Shown here piece by piece: positions 42,678 through 52,117 of a stretch of DNA of 64,000 nucleotides; the stretch's first letter is position 1; each line of letters opens with the position of its first letter. The notes under the pieces are model-generated. The model was not told where the DNA came from. It saw only the letters and a list, made by a program, of their open reading frames with translations, and ran no database searches. This DNA is from Bacteroidota bacterium (GTDB taxonomy: Bacteria > Bacteroidota > Bacteroidia > Bacteroidales > F082): positions 4,116 to 68,115 of the forward strand of contig JAEWWJ010000114.1 in the NCBI GenBank assembly GCA_023396415.1, written 5' to 3'. The translations under genes were made by a program, and so were the position numbers.

Positions 42678-44570
42678 ATGAGAAAATGGCGTGTTGAAGA
42701 CTCAGCTGAGTTATACAACATAAACGGCTGGGGAATCAACTACTTTTCCATCAATGATAAAGGAAATGTTATTGTAACACCACGCAAAGACGCGGCTGCG
42801 GTTGACATGAAAGAGTTGATTGATGAGCTGACATTGCGTGATGTTTCGACACCGGTTTTGGTGCGTTTTCCTGATATTCTTGACAGCCGTATTGAGCTTA
42901 TGGATACCTGTTTCAGGCAGGCTGCCGCCGAATACGAGTTCAAAGCACAAAATTTTATTGTTTATCCCATCAAGGTGAACCAAATGCGACCTGTGGTGGA
43001 AGAGATTGTTAGTCATGGCAAGAAGTTCAATATAGGCCTCGAGGCCGGATCAAAACCCGAACTGCACGCGGTATTGGCCATCAACACCGACAACAACTCG
43101 CTTATTATTTGCAACGGTTACAAAGACGAAAGTTATATCGAGCTGGCTCTTTTGGCCCAAAAAATGGGACGCACTGTTTTTATTGTAGTAGAGAAACTCA
43201 ATGAGCTTAAGCTGATTACCCGTGTAGGAAAGCGACTGAAAGTTAAACCCAGCATCGGCATTCGCATTAAATTGGCCAGTTCGGGAAGCGGAAAATGGGA
43301 AGATTCGGGTGGCGACGTCAGTAAATTTGGCCTCACCTCCAGCGAGTTACTCGAAGCCCTCGACTTTTTGGAACGCAACAATATGAAGGAAAGCCTTCGT
43401 TTGGTTCATTTTCATATTGGTAGCCAGGTCAATAAAATCCGTCGTATCAAGATTGCTTTGCGCGAAGCTGCCCAATTTTATGTACAAGTGTATAAGATGG
43501 GCTTCCATTTGGATTTTGTTGACGTAGGTGGCGGTTTGGGTGTTGACTATGATGGCACGCGCTCGGCCAACAGCGGCAGCAGTGTCAATTACAGCATTCA
43601 GGAATATGTGAACGATGCCACTTTCGCGATGGTGGATGCCAGCGACAAAAACGAAATTCCGCATCCCAACATCATTACCGAATCGGGACGCGCACTCACT
43701 GCACACCACTCCGTTTTGATTATTGAAGTACTGGAATCAACCCATTTATCTACTTGGGATGATGATGAGGAGGTGAAAGAAACCGACCACGAATTGCTGC
43801 ACGAGTTGTACAAATCTTGGGAAAACCTCAACCAAACCAAGATGCTCGAAACTTGGCACGACACCCAACAAATTCGCGAAGAGGCCTTGGATATGTTCAG
43901 TTTGGGATTGCTTGATTTGAAAACAAGGGCACAAATTGAACGCTTGTTTTGGTCTATTGCCAAAGAAATTCATCAAATGGCCAACGAAATGAAACGTCCA
44001 CCAGAAGAGTTTCTTAACCTTTCTAAGTTATTGTCTGATAAATACTTCTGTAACTTCTCCTTGTTTCAATCCCTACCCGATTCATGGGCCATTGATCAAA
44101 TTTTCCCGATCATCCCCATACAGCGGCTCGATGAGAAACCCGATCGCTATGCCACCATACAAGATATTACTTGCGACTCTGATGGCAAAATTGACAACTT
44201 CATTGCCACACGAAATTTCTCGCACCACCTGCCCGTTCATAGCCTAAAAAACAAAGAATCCTACCATCTCGGGGTATTCCTTACGGGAGCCTACCAAGAA
44301 ATTTTGGGCGATTTACACAATCTTTTTGGCGATACCAACGCGGTACACGTGTCGGTAGATGCCAAAGGATACTACATTGACCAAGTAATTGATGGCGAAA
44401 CGGTTGCAGAGGTATTAGATTATGTTCAATACAACTCGAAAAAGTTGGTTCGAACGGTTGAAACTTGGGTGATGACCTCAGTAAAGGCAGGTAAAATTTC
44501 GGCTGAAGAAGGTAAGGAATTTCTATCTATCTATCGCTCCGGCCTTTACGGTTACACTTATCTCGAATAA
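42678..44570 (+). CDS. speA: Biosynthetic arginine decarboxylase
   Basis: 630 aa. The N-terminus WRVEDSAELYNINGWGINYFSINDKGNV, YPIKVNQ, HFHIGSQ, and the length and C-terminal region are typical of SpeA. Confidence 0.9.
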   Translation: MRKWRVEDSAELYNINGWGINYFSINDKGNVIVTPRKDAAAVDMKELIDELTLRDVSTPVLVRFPDILDSRIELMDTCFRQAAAEYEFKAQNFIVYPIKVNQMRPVVEEIVSHGKKFNIGLEAGSKPELHAVLAINTDNNSLIICNGYKDESYIELALLAQKMGRTVFIVVEKLNELKLITRVGKRLKVKPSIGIRIKLASSGSGKWEDSGGDVSKFGLTSSELLEALDFLERNNMKESLRLVHFHIGSQVNKIRRIKIALREAAQFYVQVYKMGFHLDFVDVGGGLGVDYDGTRSANSGSSVNYSIQEYVNDATFAMVDASDKNEIPHPNIITESGRALTAHHSVLIIEVLESTHLSTWDDDEEVKETDHELLHELYKSWENLNQTKMLETWHDTQQIREEALDMFSLGLLDLKTRAQIERLFWSIAKEIHQMANEMKRPPEEFLNLSKLLSDKYFCNFSLFQSLPDSWAIDQIFPIIPIQRLDEKPDRYATIQDITCDSDGKIDNFIATRNFSHHLPVHSLKNKESYHLGVFLTGAYQEILGDLHNLFGDTNAVHVSVDAKGYYIDQVIDGETVAEVLDYVQYNSKKLVRTVETWVMTSVKAGKISAEEGKEFLSIYRSGLYGYTYLE

Positions 44571-44576
44571 ATACTA

Positions 44577-45494
44577 ATGACCTCACGCTGCGTCATCGGC
44601 TTTGGCGAAACGGTACTCGACATTGTGTTGGGTCACCAAAGTTTTCAAAAAGCCCTGGCCGGAGGCTCGGTTCTCAACACTTTGGTGTCGTTGTCAAGAG
44701 CAGGATACAATTGCCGTTTGATTTCAGAAACCGGCAAAGATGCGGCAGGTCAGCACATTCATCAGTTTTTATTGAACGAAAAAGTCAACAGCGCGTTTGT
44801 GTATCAAAACCCAGATATACAAACGACGCTGGCTTTGGCAGTGCTCAATCCATCAGGAGATGCCGCCTATAGCTTTTATAAAAGCACTTCCGAAGCGCGT
44901 TTTAAAGATTTGAAAATCAGCTTTAAAGCACAAGATTATTTTATTTTTGGATCTTCACTCGCCCTTGACCCTACGGTTCGTCCAACACTGGAAATGCTAC
45001 TCAACGCGGTTCATAAAGCGAATGGTTTGGTATTTTATGATCCCAACATTCGCAAACCCATTGCTGAGAACGATCCGGTGCTGGCTTTCCTTCAATATAA
45101 TTTTGCACAGGCAGATGTGATTCGCGGCTCGCATGAAGATTTCCTCACTGTTTTCAATGGTCAGAATGCACAAGAAATATTTCAATTGATTCAGCCCTCT
45201 AATTGTAAACTACTGATTATTACCGCTGCTGCCGGACGGATTCATTTATACACCCCTCATCAATTGGCAACGGTTGAAGTTCCAAAAGTAGAAGTTGTCA
45301 GCACCATCGGGGCCGGCGATGCTTTCAATGCCGGAGTTTTAGACTACCTCATCACCAACAATATAGGCATCAAGGAGCTCGAAAGCCTCACGAAAAATCA
45401 ATTGATAGAAATGGGTCAAAACGGACGAAAATATGCTGCCTTGGTTTGTGCTTCTGATGAAAATTATATTCCCCGAAATGATAGAAACGGCTGA
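44577..45494 (+). CDS. PfkB-family carbohydrate kinase (fructokinase/ribokinase-like)
   Basis: 305 aa with GGSVLNT near the N-terminus and the C-terminal motif TIGAGDAFNAG. It starts 6 nt after the speA stop. Confidence 0.75.
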   Translation: MTSRCVIGFGETVLDIVLGHQSFQKALAGGSVLNTLVSLSRAGYNCRLISETGKDAAGQHIHQFLLNEKVNSAFVYQNPDIQTTLALAVLNPSGDAAYSFYKSTSEARFKDLKISFKAQDYFIFGSSLALDPTVRPTLEMLLNAVHKANGLVFYDPNIRKPIAENDPVLAFLQYNFAQADVIRGSHEDFLTVFNGQNAQEIFQLIQPSNCKLLIITAAAGRIHLYTPHQLATVEVPKVEVVSTIGAGDAFNAGVLDYLITNNIGIKELESLTKNQLIEMGQNGRKYAALVCASDENYIPRNDRNG

Positions 45495-45500
45495 GAATAG

Positions 45501-47942
45501 TTATTTTTTTCGTTTCAAGGCTTGCAGCTGTTGCCAGTCAATATAATATAACATTTTAATGCTGAGGCTGTTGCCCACAGGTGAATCAAATAATTTATCC
45601 AGATTGGTAAAATAATTTCCCGAAACATCATCCCCCGAGAGCAAAGTATAAATCGCATTCTTCCACACCAGCAATAGCTCGCTTCCGGGCGCAAAATTCC
45701 ATCGGTAAACCATATCCACATTAAACGCATTGACCGAAAAATCGTGCTTTTCGTTATAAACATTGGGTACAAGTTCGGCATCGGCCTTTAAGTCGAAATA
45801 ATTGAGATAATCAACATATAAGAGATAATGCCTCAAACGCAACGCCAGCGAGGCTTTCGGATTAAAGCTGTAATTCAGACTCAGTGAGCTGGTGATATTA
45901 TTGACATTTCTTTTACCAAAAACAATCGCCTTTTGCTGTCCTACGCCAATATCAGTAACAAAACCAATATCGTTTTTGCTGATATCCGCCATCAGGCTAG
46001 GCATCACCAAAAAGTTCTCGGAAATTTTCCACCTTGGTGATAAAGTGCCCCACCAGTTGAAACTATTCCACTCGGGATACAACATCATTCCCAAGCGGTA
46101 ATCTACCAAAAACTTTTTGCGGTAATCGGGTGATCCAAAGATACCTGCATGAAACCGCCATGGACGTTGAAAATACTTTCCCTGGGTGCGCGACTCAAAA
46201 AAATCGAGCTTCCCCAGCGGATAGATAGAAAAGTTACCTCCAATGGTCAAGTGCTTCACGGTGGTCAATCGGCTGTTTCCTCCAATTTCCATCGAGCTGA
46301 ACTTCAAAGGTTGATACTGAGATATTTGGTTGATAAAGAGGTTAGCATATTTCTTTAAAAACATACCTTTTGGCTCAAACACATAAAATTTGAAATTAAG
46401 CCCGGCATCAATTTCGTTGTTCGAGCGCTGAAAACCCATGTCATTGGGATCGTAGTTTTCGGTCATCACATTCAACCACACATCGGGCCTGAATTGGCCG
46501 CTAATTTTGTTGAAACCCATGAGCAAGCGCTCACCAAAAACCGGAAATCCAATTTCGTCGTATTGCTGGCTAATATTCAGCATAGAATAAAATTCGGTGC
46601 TGCCTTGCTTGTTGCGCAAAGCTGTTTCGACACCTGTAACATTGGCAACCCGCTTGTTGTCAGGCTGTAAAACATTGGTGTTATAAAAACTAATTTGCGA
46701 GTTGTTGGCCAATGCCTGTTCGGCCACCACCATATTAAAGTTGGTGTAAGGTTCGGTAATGATTTTTTTTCTGACACCCTCCACCTCCACTTCAGCAAAG
46801 GTATTGGTTGTTATAGCATTGAAAACGCCAATTCCTAAACCTTTTGATGTTTTGCCCGACAGCTTGGCCGCATTGATCAGTTGCACTGCTTCCGGATTCT
46901 TTATAATCTGCTCTTGGGTGTAAGCATCGGTCAAGTCGAAATATCCTGAAGGTGTTGCGCCTATCCGCCTAGAATAGAACACATTGCCTTTTGAAAACAA
47001 TTCAGTTCCTTCGGTAAAAAAAGGTCTTTTTTCATCATAATACACCTCAAATGGAGACAATGAATACACCAATTCATCGGATTCTACTTGTCCAAAGTCG
47101 GGAATTAAAGTCAGATCGAGGGTAAAACTTTCATTCAGGCCCACTTTCAAATCCATCCCATAATTGTAGCCGGTTCCCCATTTATTGGTGGCGCTGTTGT
47201 GACTTGTTGAGGCTGAAAGGTAAGGCGTTGCACTCAACCTCATGGGAGGAGTGATGGTTTCTTCAATACGTATCTCGCCCATCTGAGTTAAAAAACCTTG
47301 GCGGTTGACATCCACCAAATTCCAATTGGAATACTCGCGTAGGCGTTGGATGCTTCTTTGAAAATTGATCCCCCAGACTTGAGTTTCGCTCCGTGGAAAA
47401 CGAATGGCGGAGTAGGGAATCATCACTTCCGCAGTCCAGCCATTGGCTGTGATTTTGGTAGCCGAACGCCAAACAGCATCCCAACTTTCGTCTTCCTCAT
47501 CCTCGGCAGTGTTGAATTTCATGTCCATTTGCACCCCTCGGGCGGTTACAAAAAATCCCAGTCCGTTCAGCCCATCGTTAAATGGGTTCAAAATGATTCC
47601 GAAATAATCAGCCAAACCGAGATTGTCTCTTTCATGCAACTCCAATGAAATGCTGTCGGGATAGGCATCTTCGCATGAAGCGGCAAAATACAAAGCATGA
47701 TCATCGTAACCAATAAAAACGTGTGTAGCAAAAGTTGCAGGCCTTCCGTTGTAAGGCTCATTTTGAACAAAGTCTTGTGCAACAGCCGTTTGCCTCCAAA
47801 ACTGTTCGTCCAACAGCCCATCAATGACAAGTTCTTGGGTCAATTTCGTGGCTACAATAGTCTTTCTATCTTGCGAAAACAGTTCTAAATCGTTAAAAAA
47901 AAGCAACGAAAGCAATGATAGTATGACAAAAGGAAATCGCAT
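45501..47942 (-). CDS. CBM9-like / DUF5916-type outer-membrane-associated protein
   Basis: Signal peptide MRFPFVILSLLSLLFF, then IDGLLDEQFWRQTAVAQDFVQNEPYNGRPA (CBM9/DOMON-like), then a long beta-rich C-terminal part. The start is set at 47942, 23 nt downstream of a -7 box. Confidence 0.6.
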   Translation of the reverse strand: MRFPFVILSLLSLLFFNDLELFSQDRKTIVATKLTQELVIDGLLDEQFWRQTAVAQDFVQNEPYNGRPATFATHVFIGYDDHALYFAASCEDAYPDSISLELHERDNLGLADYFGIILNPFNDGLNGLGFFVTARGVQMDMKFNTAEDEEDESWDAVWRSATKITANGWTAEVMIPYSAIRFPRSETQVWGINFQRSIQRLREYSNWNLVDVNRQGFLTQMGEIRIEETITPPMRLSATPYLSASTSHNSATNKWGTGYNYGMDLKVGLNESFTLDLTLIPDFGQVESDELVYSLSPFEVYYDEKRPFFTEGTELFSKGNVFYSRRIGATPSGYFDLTDAYTQEQIIKNPEAVQLINAAKLSGKTSKGLGIGVFNAITTNTFAEVEVEGVRKKIITEPYTNFNMVVAEQALANNSQISFYNTNVLQPDNKRVANVTGVETALRNKQGSTEFYSMLNISQQYDEIGFPVFGERLLMGFNKISGQFRPDVWLNVMTENYDPNDMGFQRSNNEIDAGLNFKFYVFEPKGMFLKKYANLFINQISQYQPLKFSSMEIGGNSRLTTVKHLTIGGNFSIYPLGKLDFFESRTQGKYFQRPWRFHAGIFGSPDYRKKFLVDYRLGMMLYPEWNSFNWWGTLSPRWKISENFLVMPSLMADISKNDIGFVTDIGVGQQKAIVFGKRNVNNITSSLSLNYSFNPKASLALRLRHYLLYVDYLNYFDLKADAELVPNVYNEKHDFSVNAFNVDMVYRWNFAPGSELLLVWKNAIYTLLSGDDVSGNYFTNLDKLFDSPVGNSLSIKMLYYIDWQQLQALKRKK

Positions 47943-47964
47943 ATCAACTTGATGAAGGTGGATG

Positions 47965-47972
47965 CAAATATA
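47965..47972 (-). promoter_or_regulatory. Bacteroidota -7 promoter box (TATATTTG on minus strand)
   Basis: The plus strand reads CAAATATA, 23 nt upstream of start 47942. Confidence 0.45.
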
Positions 47973-48225
47973 GAAGTAGTAAGCCAGCAATTGGTTTTCA
48001 ATAAGTTTTCGGTACGAATGAGACAATCAACGTATAGACAGAGGACGTTTTAAAATTTTTGGAGGAATTTTTGACGCAATTTGTCTTAAATCCATCAAAA
48101 ACTACCCGGCGACGATTAGAAAAGCCATAATGATTTTGAAGGTAAAACGACCATTCGGGCTGAAAACTTGATGTTTTAAGGCGTTATAAATGTTATTGAA
48201 TAACCATTACAATCAAATAGTTCCG

Positions 48226-48233
48226 TATTTTTG
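48226..48233 (+). promoter_or_regulatory. Bacteroidota -7 promoter box (TATTTTTG)
   Basis: Exact TAnnTTTG, 24 nt upstream of ATG 48257. Confidence 0.45.
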
Positions 48234-48256
48234 CAAAAACAAACCATCAATTGGGC

Positions 48257-48991
48257 ATGAATAATTACGACCGCTTTTGCTCGTCAGGAAAAAAAATCGC
48301 CATTCTAATTGACCCCGACAAACCTTCAGACGAAGCCTTGATTTCGTTGATATCAGAGGCCGATCGCTGTGGCGTAGATTTTATTTTTGTGGGCGGATCA
48401 TTACTAACCAACAATGGATTAGACAGTTGCATCAAGATCATCAAGAGTGTTTCAACTATTCCGGTAATTCTTTTTCCGGGAAACACCCATCAGGTGAGTG
48501 CTAAGGCAGATAGTTTTTTGTTTCTATCGCTCATTTCGGGTCGCAACGCCGAAATGCTGATTGGCGCACACGTTATCGCTGCCCCTTATTTGAAACTGAG
48601 CGGGCTCGAAGTCATTTCAACAGGATATATGCTGATCGAAAGCGGTCGTTTTACTACCGTAAATTATATGAGTGGCAGCTTCCCTATCCCGTACGACAAA
48701 AACGACATTGCGATGTGCACTGCTATGGCAGGCGAAATGTTGGGTATGAAATTGATTTTTATGGACGCCGGTTCGGGTGCTATCAACCCCATCAACGACG
48801 AAATGATTGCCACTGTGAAAGCCAGCATTGGCATACCTTTGATAGTGGGAGGAGGAATAAAAACTCCTGAAATTGCCGTTGCCAAACTCAAGGCCGGCGC
48901 CGATGTGGTGGTGATTGGCAATATGTTAGAAAAAAAACCACAAATGTTGAACGAATTTGTTGAAGCCGTACACCACCTCAATTCGATTTAA
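48257..48991 (+). CDS. Geranylgeranylglyceryl phosphate synthase family protein (PcrB/GGGPS)
   Basis: About 244 aa. IAILIDPDK, DFIFVGGS, IPVILFPGN, FLSLISGRN, MDAGSGA and PLIVGGGI follow the GGGPS/PcrB TIM-barrel pattern. Confidence 0.75.
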   Translation: MNNYDRFCSSGKKIAILIDPDKPSDEALISLISEADRCGVDFIFVGGSLLTNNGLDSCIKIIKSVSTIPVILFPGNTHQVSAKADSFLFLSLISGRNAEMLIGAHVIAAPYLKLSGLEVISTGYMLIESGRFTTVNYMSGSFPIPYDKNDIAMCTAMAGEMLGMKLIFMDAGSGAINPINDEMIATVKASIGIPLIVGGGIKTPEIAVAKLKAGADVVVIGNMLEKKPQMLNEFVEAVHHLNSI

Positions 48992-49121
48992 AGACAATTT
49001 GATCTTTTAGAAACTGCTTACTTGTCGGGAGTTACCGAAAACTTGTTGCAACATTACATCCGCCACATTTGTGGTAACATTGCCTTCCATAAAACTGTTG
49101 CATAAACCAAAAATCACAAAA

Positions 49122-51257
49122 ATGAAAAGAATCAGCCTCATTCTCTGCTTCCTCTTGGGAGGTGTTTTCAGCATGTTACATGCTCAAGATCAAGTTTTTA
49201 CCCCCGAAGATGTGGTGGGCATGAACAGTGCCTTGTATGCAAAAAATATTTCTCAACTGAAATGGAGGGCCGATTCCGATCTGTACTCCTTTACCGATGG
49301 GGATTTTTTACTTTCGTCGGGACCTTTGAAGAAAACCTCCGACACTTTGGCTTCATTGTCGCAGCTCAACAAGGCAATGCAAGACATTGGCAGCGATAGC
49401 CTCAAACGTTTGCCGCAACTGACTTGGATTAACCCAAACAAAGCCTATTTCTGGACAAAAAGCAAATTGATTACCCTTCAATGGCCCCAAATTAAAGCCG
49501 AGTTGATTGCCACCCTACCCGAAAACGCCGCCAGGATTGACGTTGCGCCAAAAAGCCTCAATGTTGCTTACACCATTGACAACAATCTGTATGTGGCTGA
49601 AGGCGAAAAACACACGCAAATAACTCAGGATGAAAACGGTATAGTTAATGGGCAAAGTGTGCATCGCAACGAATTTGGCATCAACAAAGGAATTTTTTGG
49701 TCGCCTGATGAACAAAGAATCGCTTTCTATCGCATGGATCAATCCATGGTTAGCGACTACCCATTGGTGGACATCAGCGAACGAATTGCTAAGCTCACTG
49801 CCGAAAAATATCCAATGGCCGGCATGACTAGCCACCAGGTGACCATTGGCATTTACCAATTGCGCACGCATAGCACTCTTTTTCTCGAAACAGGAACACC
49901 TGCTGAGCAATATTTGACCACCGTTACTTGGAATCCGGAAAGCACTTTGATTTACACAGCCATCTTAAATCGTGATCAGAACCACTTCAAAATGAAGGCT
50001 TTCAATGCTTCTGACGGAAAAGAAGCATCCACTCTTTTTGAAGAAATTGATGATAAGTATGTTGAACCTTCCAACCCTTTGTATTTTGTGCCCGGAAAAC
50101 CCGATCACTTCATTTGGACCAGCGACAGAGATGGCTTTGATCATTTATACCTCTACAAAACCGATGGCTCACTGGTGAAAAGACTCACCCAAGGCGATTG
50201 GGCTGTAACTGATTTTTTGGGTTTCAACACAGATGGAAGCACGGCTTACTTTAGTGCCACCAAAGAAATTCCGCTCGAGCAAAACACTTACAGCATCAAC
50301 CTGAAATCGGCGAAAATAACCCGACTTAGCCCGGTGAAAGGCACCCACAGAAGTCAAATCAGCAGTAGCGGAAAATATCTTATTGATAGCTACAGCAACA
50401 GCCAATCAGCCCGCGAAATACTTGTGGCCAACAACAAAGGCAACACTTTAAAAACCTTACTTTCGGCTGCCAACCCACTGGAAAATTATAAAATGGGAAC
50501 CACTCAATTGATGTCGGTGGAGGCCAACGATGGTACACTTTTGTATGCCCGTATGATTTTTCCCTTTGATTTTGATCCATCAAAAAAATATCCTGTTGTG
50601 GTGTATGTGTATGGCGGCCCTCATGCACAATTGATTACCGAAAGCTGGTTATCGGGTGCCAATTTCTACCTGCATTACTTGACCCAGAAGGGTTATATTG
50701 TGTTCACGCTCGACAATAGAGGCTCCGACAACAGAGGCAAAAAGTTTGAACAAGCCATCCATCGTCAAGTAGGAAAAGTTGAAGTGGAAGACCAAATGAC
50801 GGGCATTGCTTACCTAAAAACCTTGCCTTACATTGACACCAATCGCATTGGAGTGGATGGTTGGAGCTATGGCGGATTTATGTCAATAAATTTGAAACTC
50901 ACTCATCCTGAAACTTTTAAAGTTGCAACAGCAGGTGGCCCTGTGATTGATTGGAAGTATTACGAAATTATGTACGGCGAGCGTTATATGGATCATCCCG
51001 ATGATAATGTTGAAGGCTACAAGCAATCAAATCTGTTGTTGAAAGTGCCACAACTCGAAGGCAAATTGCTTGTCATTCACGGCACTAATGACCCTGTGGT
51101 GGTTTGGCAACACAGCCTTCAATTCATTAAAAAATGTGTGGACGAAGGAAAATTGGTGGATTATTTCGTGTATCCCGGCCACGAACACAATGTAAGAGGA
51201 CGCGATCGAGCACATTTGATTCGGAAAATTGTAACTTATTTTGATGAAAATTTGTAG
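49122..51257 (+). CDS. Dipeptidyl-peptidase IV (S9B prolyl oligopeptidase family)
   Basis: Signal peptide MKRISLILCFLLGGVFSMLHAQ, a DPP-IV N-terminal propeller region, the catalytic serine motif DGWSYGGFMS, and a later HGTNDPVV ... GHEH. Confidence 0.85.
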   Translation: MKRISLILCFLLGGVFSMLHAQDQVFTPEDVVGMNSALYAKNISQLKWRADSDLYSFTDGDFLLSSGPLKKTSDTLASLSQLNKAMQDIGSDSLKRLPQLTWINPNKAYFWTKSKLITLQWPQIKAELIATLPENAARIDVAPKSLNVAYTIDNNLYVAEGEKHTQITQDENGIVNGQSVHRNEFGINKGIFWSPDEQRIAFYRMDQSMVSDYPLVDISERIAKLTAEKYPMAGMTSHQVTIGIYQLRTHSTLFLETGTPAEQYLTTVTWNPESTLIYTAILNRDQNHFKMKAFNASDGKEASTLFEEIDDKYVEPSNPLYFVPGKPDHFIWTSDRDGFDHLYLYKTDGSLVKRLTQGDWAVTDFLGFNTDGSTAYFSATKEIPLEQNTYSINLKSAKITRLSPVKGTHRSQISSSGKYLIDSYSNSQSAREILVANNKGNTLKTLLSAANPLENYKMGTTQLMSVEANDGTLLYARMIFPFDFDPSKKYPVVVYVYGGPHAQLITESWLSGANFYLHYLTQKGYIVFTLDNRGSDNRGKKFEQAIHRQVGKVEVEDQMTGIAYLKTLPYIDTNRIGVDGWSYGGFMSINLKLTHPETFKVATAGGPVIDWKYYEIMYGERYMDHPDDNVEGYKQSNLLLKVPQLEGKLLVIHGTNDPVVVWQHSLQFIKKCVDEGKLVDYFVYPGHEHNVRGRDRAHLIRKIVTYFDENL

Positions 51258-51301
51258 GCGTTTGTATTCATAGACTCTCCGGATTTTTAAAATCAGTTGC
51301 G

Positions 51302-51343
51302 TTTTCAGCCGGCTCAGCCAAAAGTGGTTGAGCCGGCTGAAAA
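51302..51343 (+). terminator. Intrinsic terminator after the DPP-IV gene
   Basis: TTTTCAGCCGGCTCA ... TGAGCCGGCTGAAAA forms a 15-bp stem followed by a T-run at 51347..51355. Confidence 0.8.
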
Positions 51344-51436
51344 TGCTTTTTTTTTGCTCTAAAAGTATATCGTAGAGTAAAATTATTTTGATACTTTTGG
51401 AATCACAACAATTGAGCATAAAGCGATAACCCAACA

Positions 51437-51460
51437 ATTCCTACTTTTGGAATTTATTCT
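51437..51460 (+). promoter_or_regulatory. Composite inverted repeat ATTCC-N7-GGAAT-TT-ATTCT upstream of the response-regulator gene
   Basis: ATTCC TACTTTT GGAAT TT ATTCT. The GGAAT is 115 nt upstream of ATG 51564. The 12-mer TACTTTTGGAAT also occurs 50 nt upstream, at 51392..51403. Confidence 0.5.
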
Positions 51461-51563
51461 TAATTTGAAACATAATACTCAAAACAGATGAATTTCAAAT
51501 AATTATAAACCAGTGACTTATAAGAGTGGTTCGTTTGTTGCTTTACTGAAAACAAAGAAAAAA

Positions 51564-51980
51564 ATGACAACGCCCGACAAAATGACAATTCCAAAGCCGA
51601 AACCGAAAGTAGAGTCTGAACGCATCATTCATATTTTGGTGGTGGACGACCTCAAGGTGAACTATCTGTTAGTGAAGGCCATGTTGGGCAAGCTGAACGC
51701 ACAAATTTATTATACCGAGAGCGGCTTTAAAGCCATTGAACACGTCAGAAGCAGCAATAAAATTGACGTTGTTTTGATGGACTTCAATATGCCCGGCATG
51801 GATGGCAGGGAAACCACCGAGTTGATTAAATCATTTAAACCCAACCTTCCTGTCATTTCGCTCAGCACTTTCACCGACAAGGCTGTTTTTGACCAAAGCA
51901 GCGCCCCTTATGATGCATACATCACAAAACCCGTCAACCCTGAACTCCTTATTGAATTGATTTTCAAGGTTATTCAATAA
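51564..51980 (+). CDS. Stand-alone response regulator receiver protein (CheY-like)
   Basis: ILVVDDLKVNYLL, VLMDFNMPGMDG and AYITKP are receiver-domain hallmarks, and there is no output domain. The start is set at ATG 51564 rather than GTG 51513 because promoter-like strings lie inside the extension. Confidence 0.8.
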   Translation: MTTPDKMTIPKPKPKVESERIIHILVVDDLKVNYLLVKAMLGKLNAQIYYTESGFKAIEHVRSSNKIDVVLMDFNMPGMDGRETTELIKSFKPNLPVISLSTFTDKAVFDQSSAPYDAYITKPVNPELLIELIFKVIQ

Positions 51981-52080
51981 AACATCTCCTCCTGTCCATT
52001 TTTCTATTTAGTTCATTTTTAGGGTTGAAACCTGTTTTTTCATTGTCAAAAAATGAAGGAAGCAATTCATCACAAAAATG

Positions 52081-52088
52081 TATATTTG
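52081..52088 (+). promoter_or_regulatory. Bacteroidota -7 promoter box (TATATTTG)
   Basis: Exact TAnnTTTG, 30 nt upstream of ATG 52118. Confidence 0.45.
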
Positions 52089-52117
52089 CCAGCTGTACCC
52101 TAAAAATCATTTACTGC

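Noticed and set aside
51513-52117. Longer track starts for the receiver gene (GTG 51513) and the kinase gene (52025).
   Set aside because: The extensions contain promoter-like strings (51526..51542 and the -7 box at 52081..52088). They add non-domain residues ahead of good ATG starts at 51564 and 52118.
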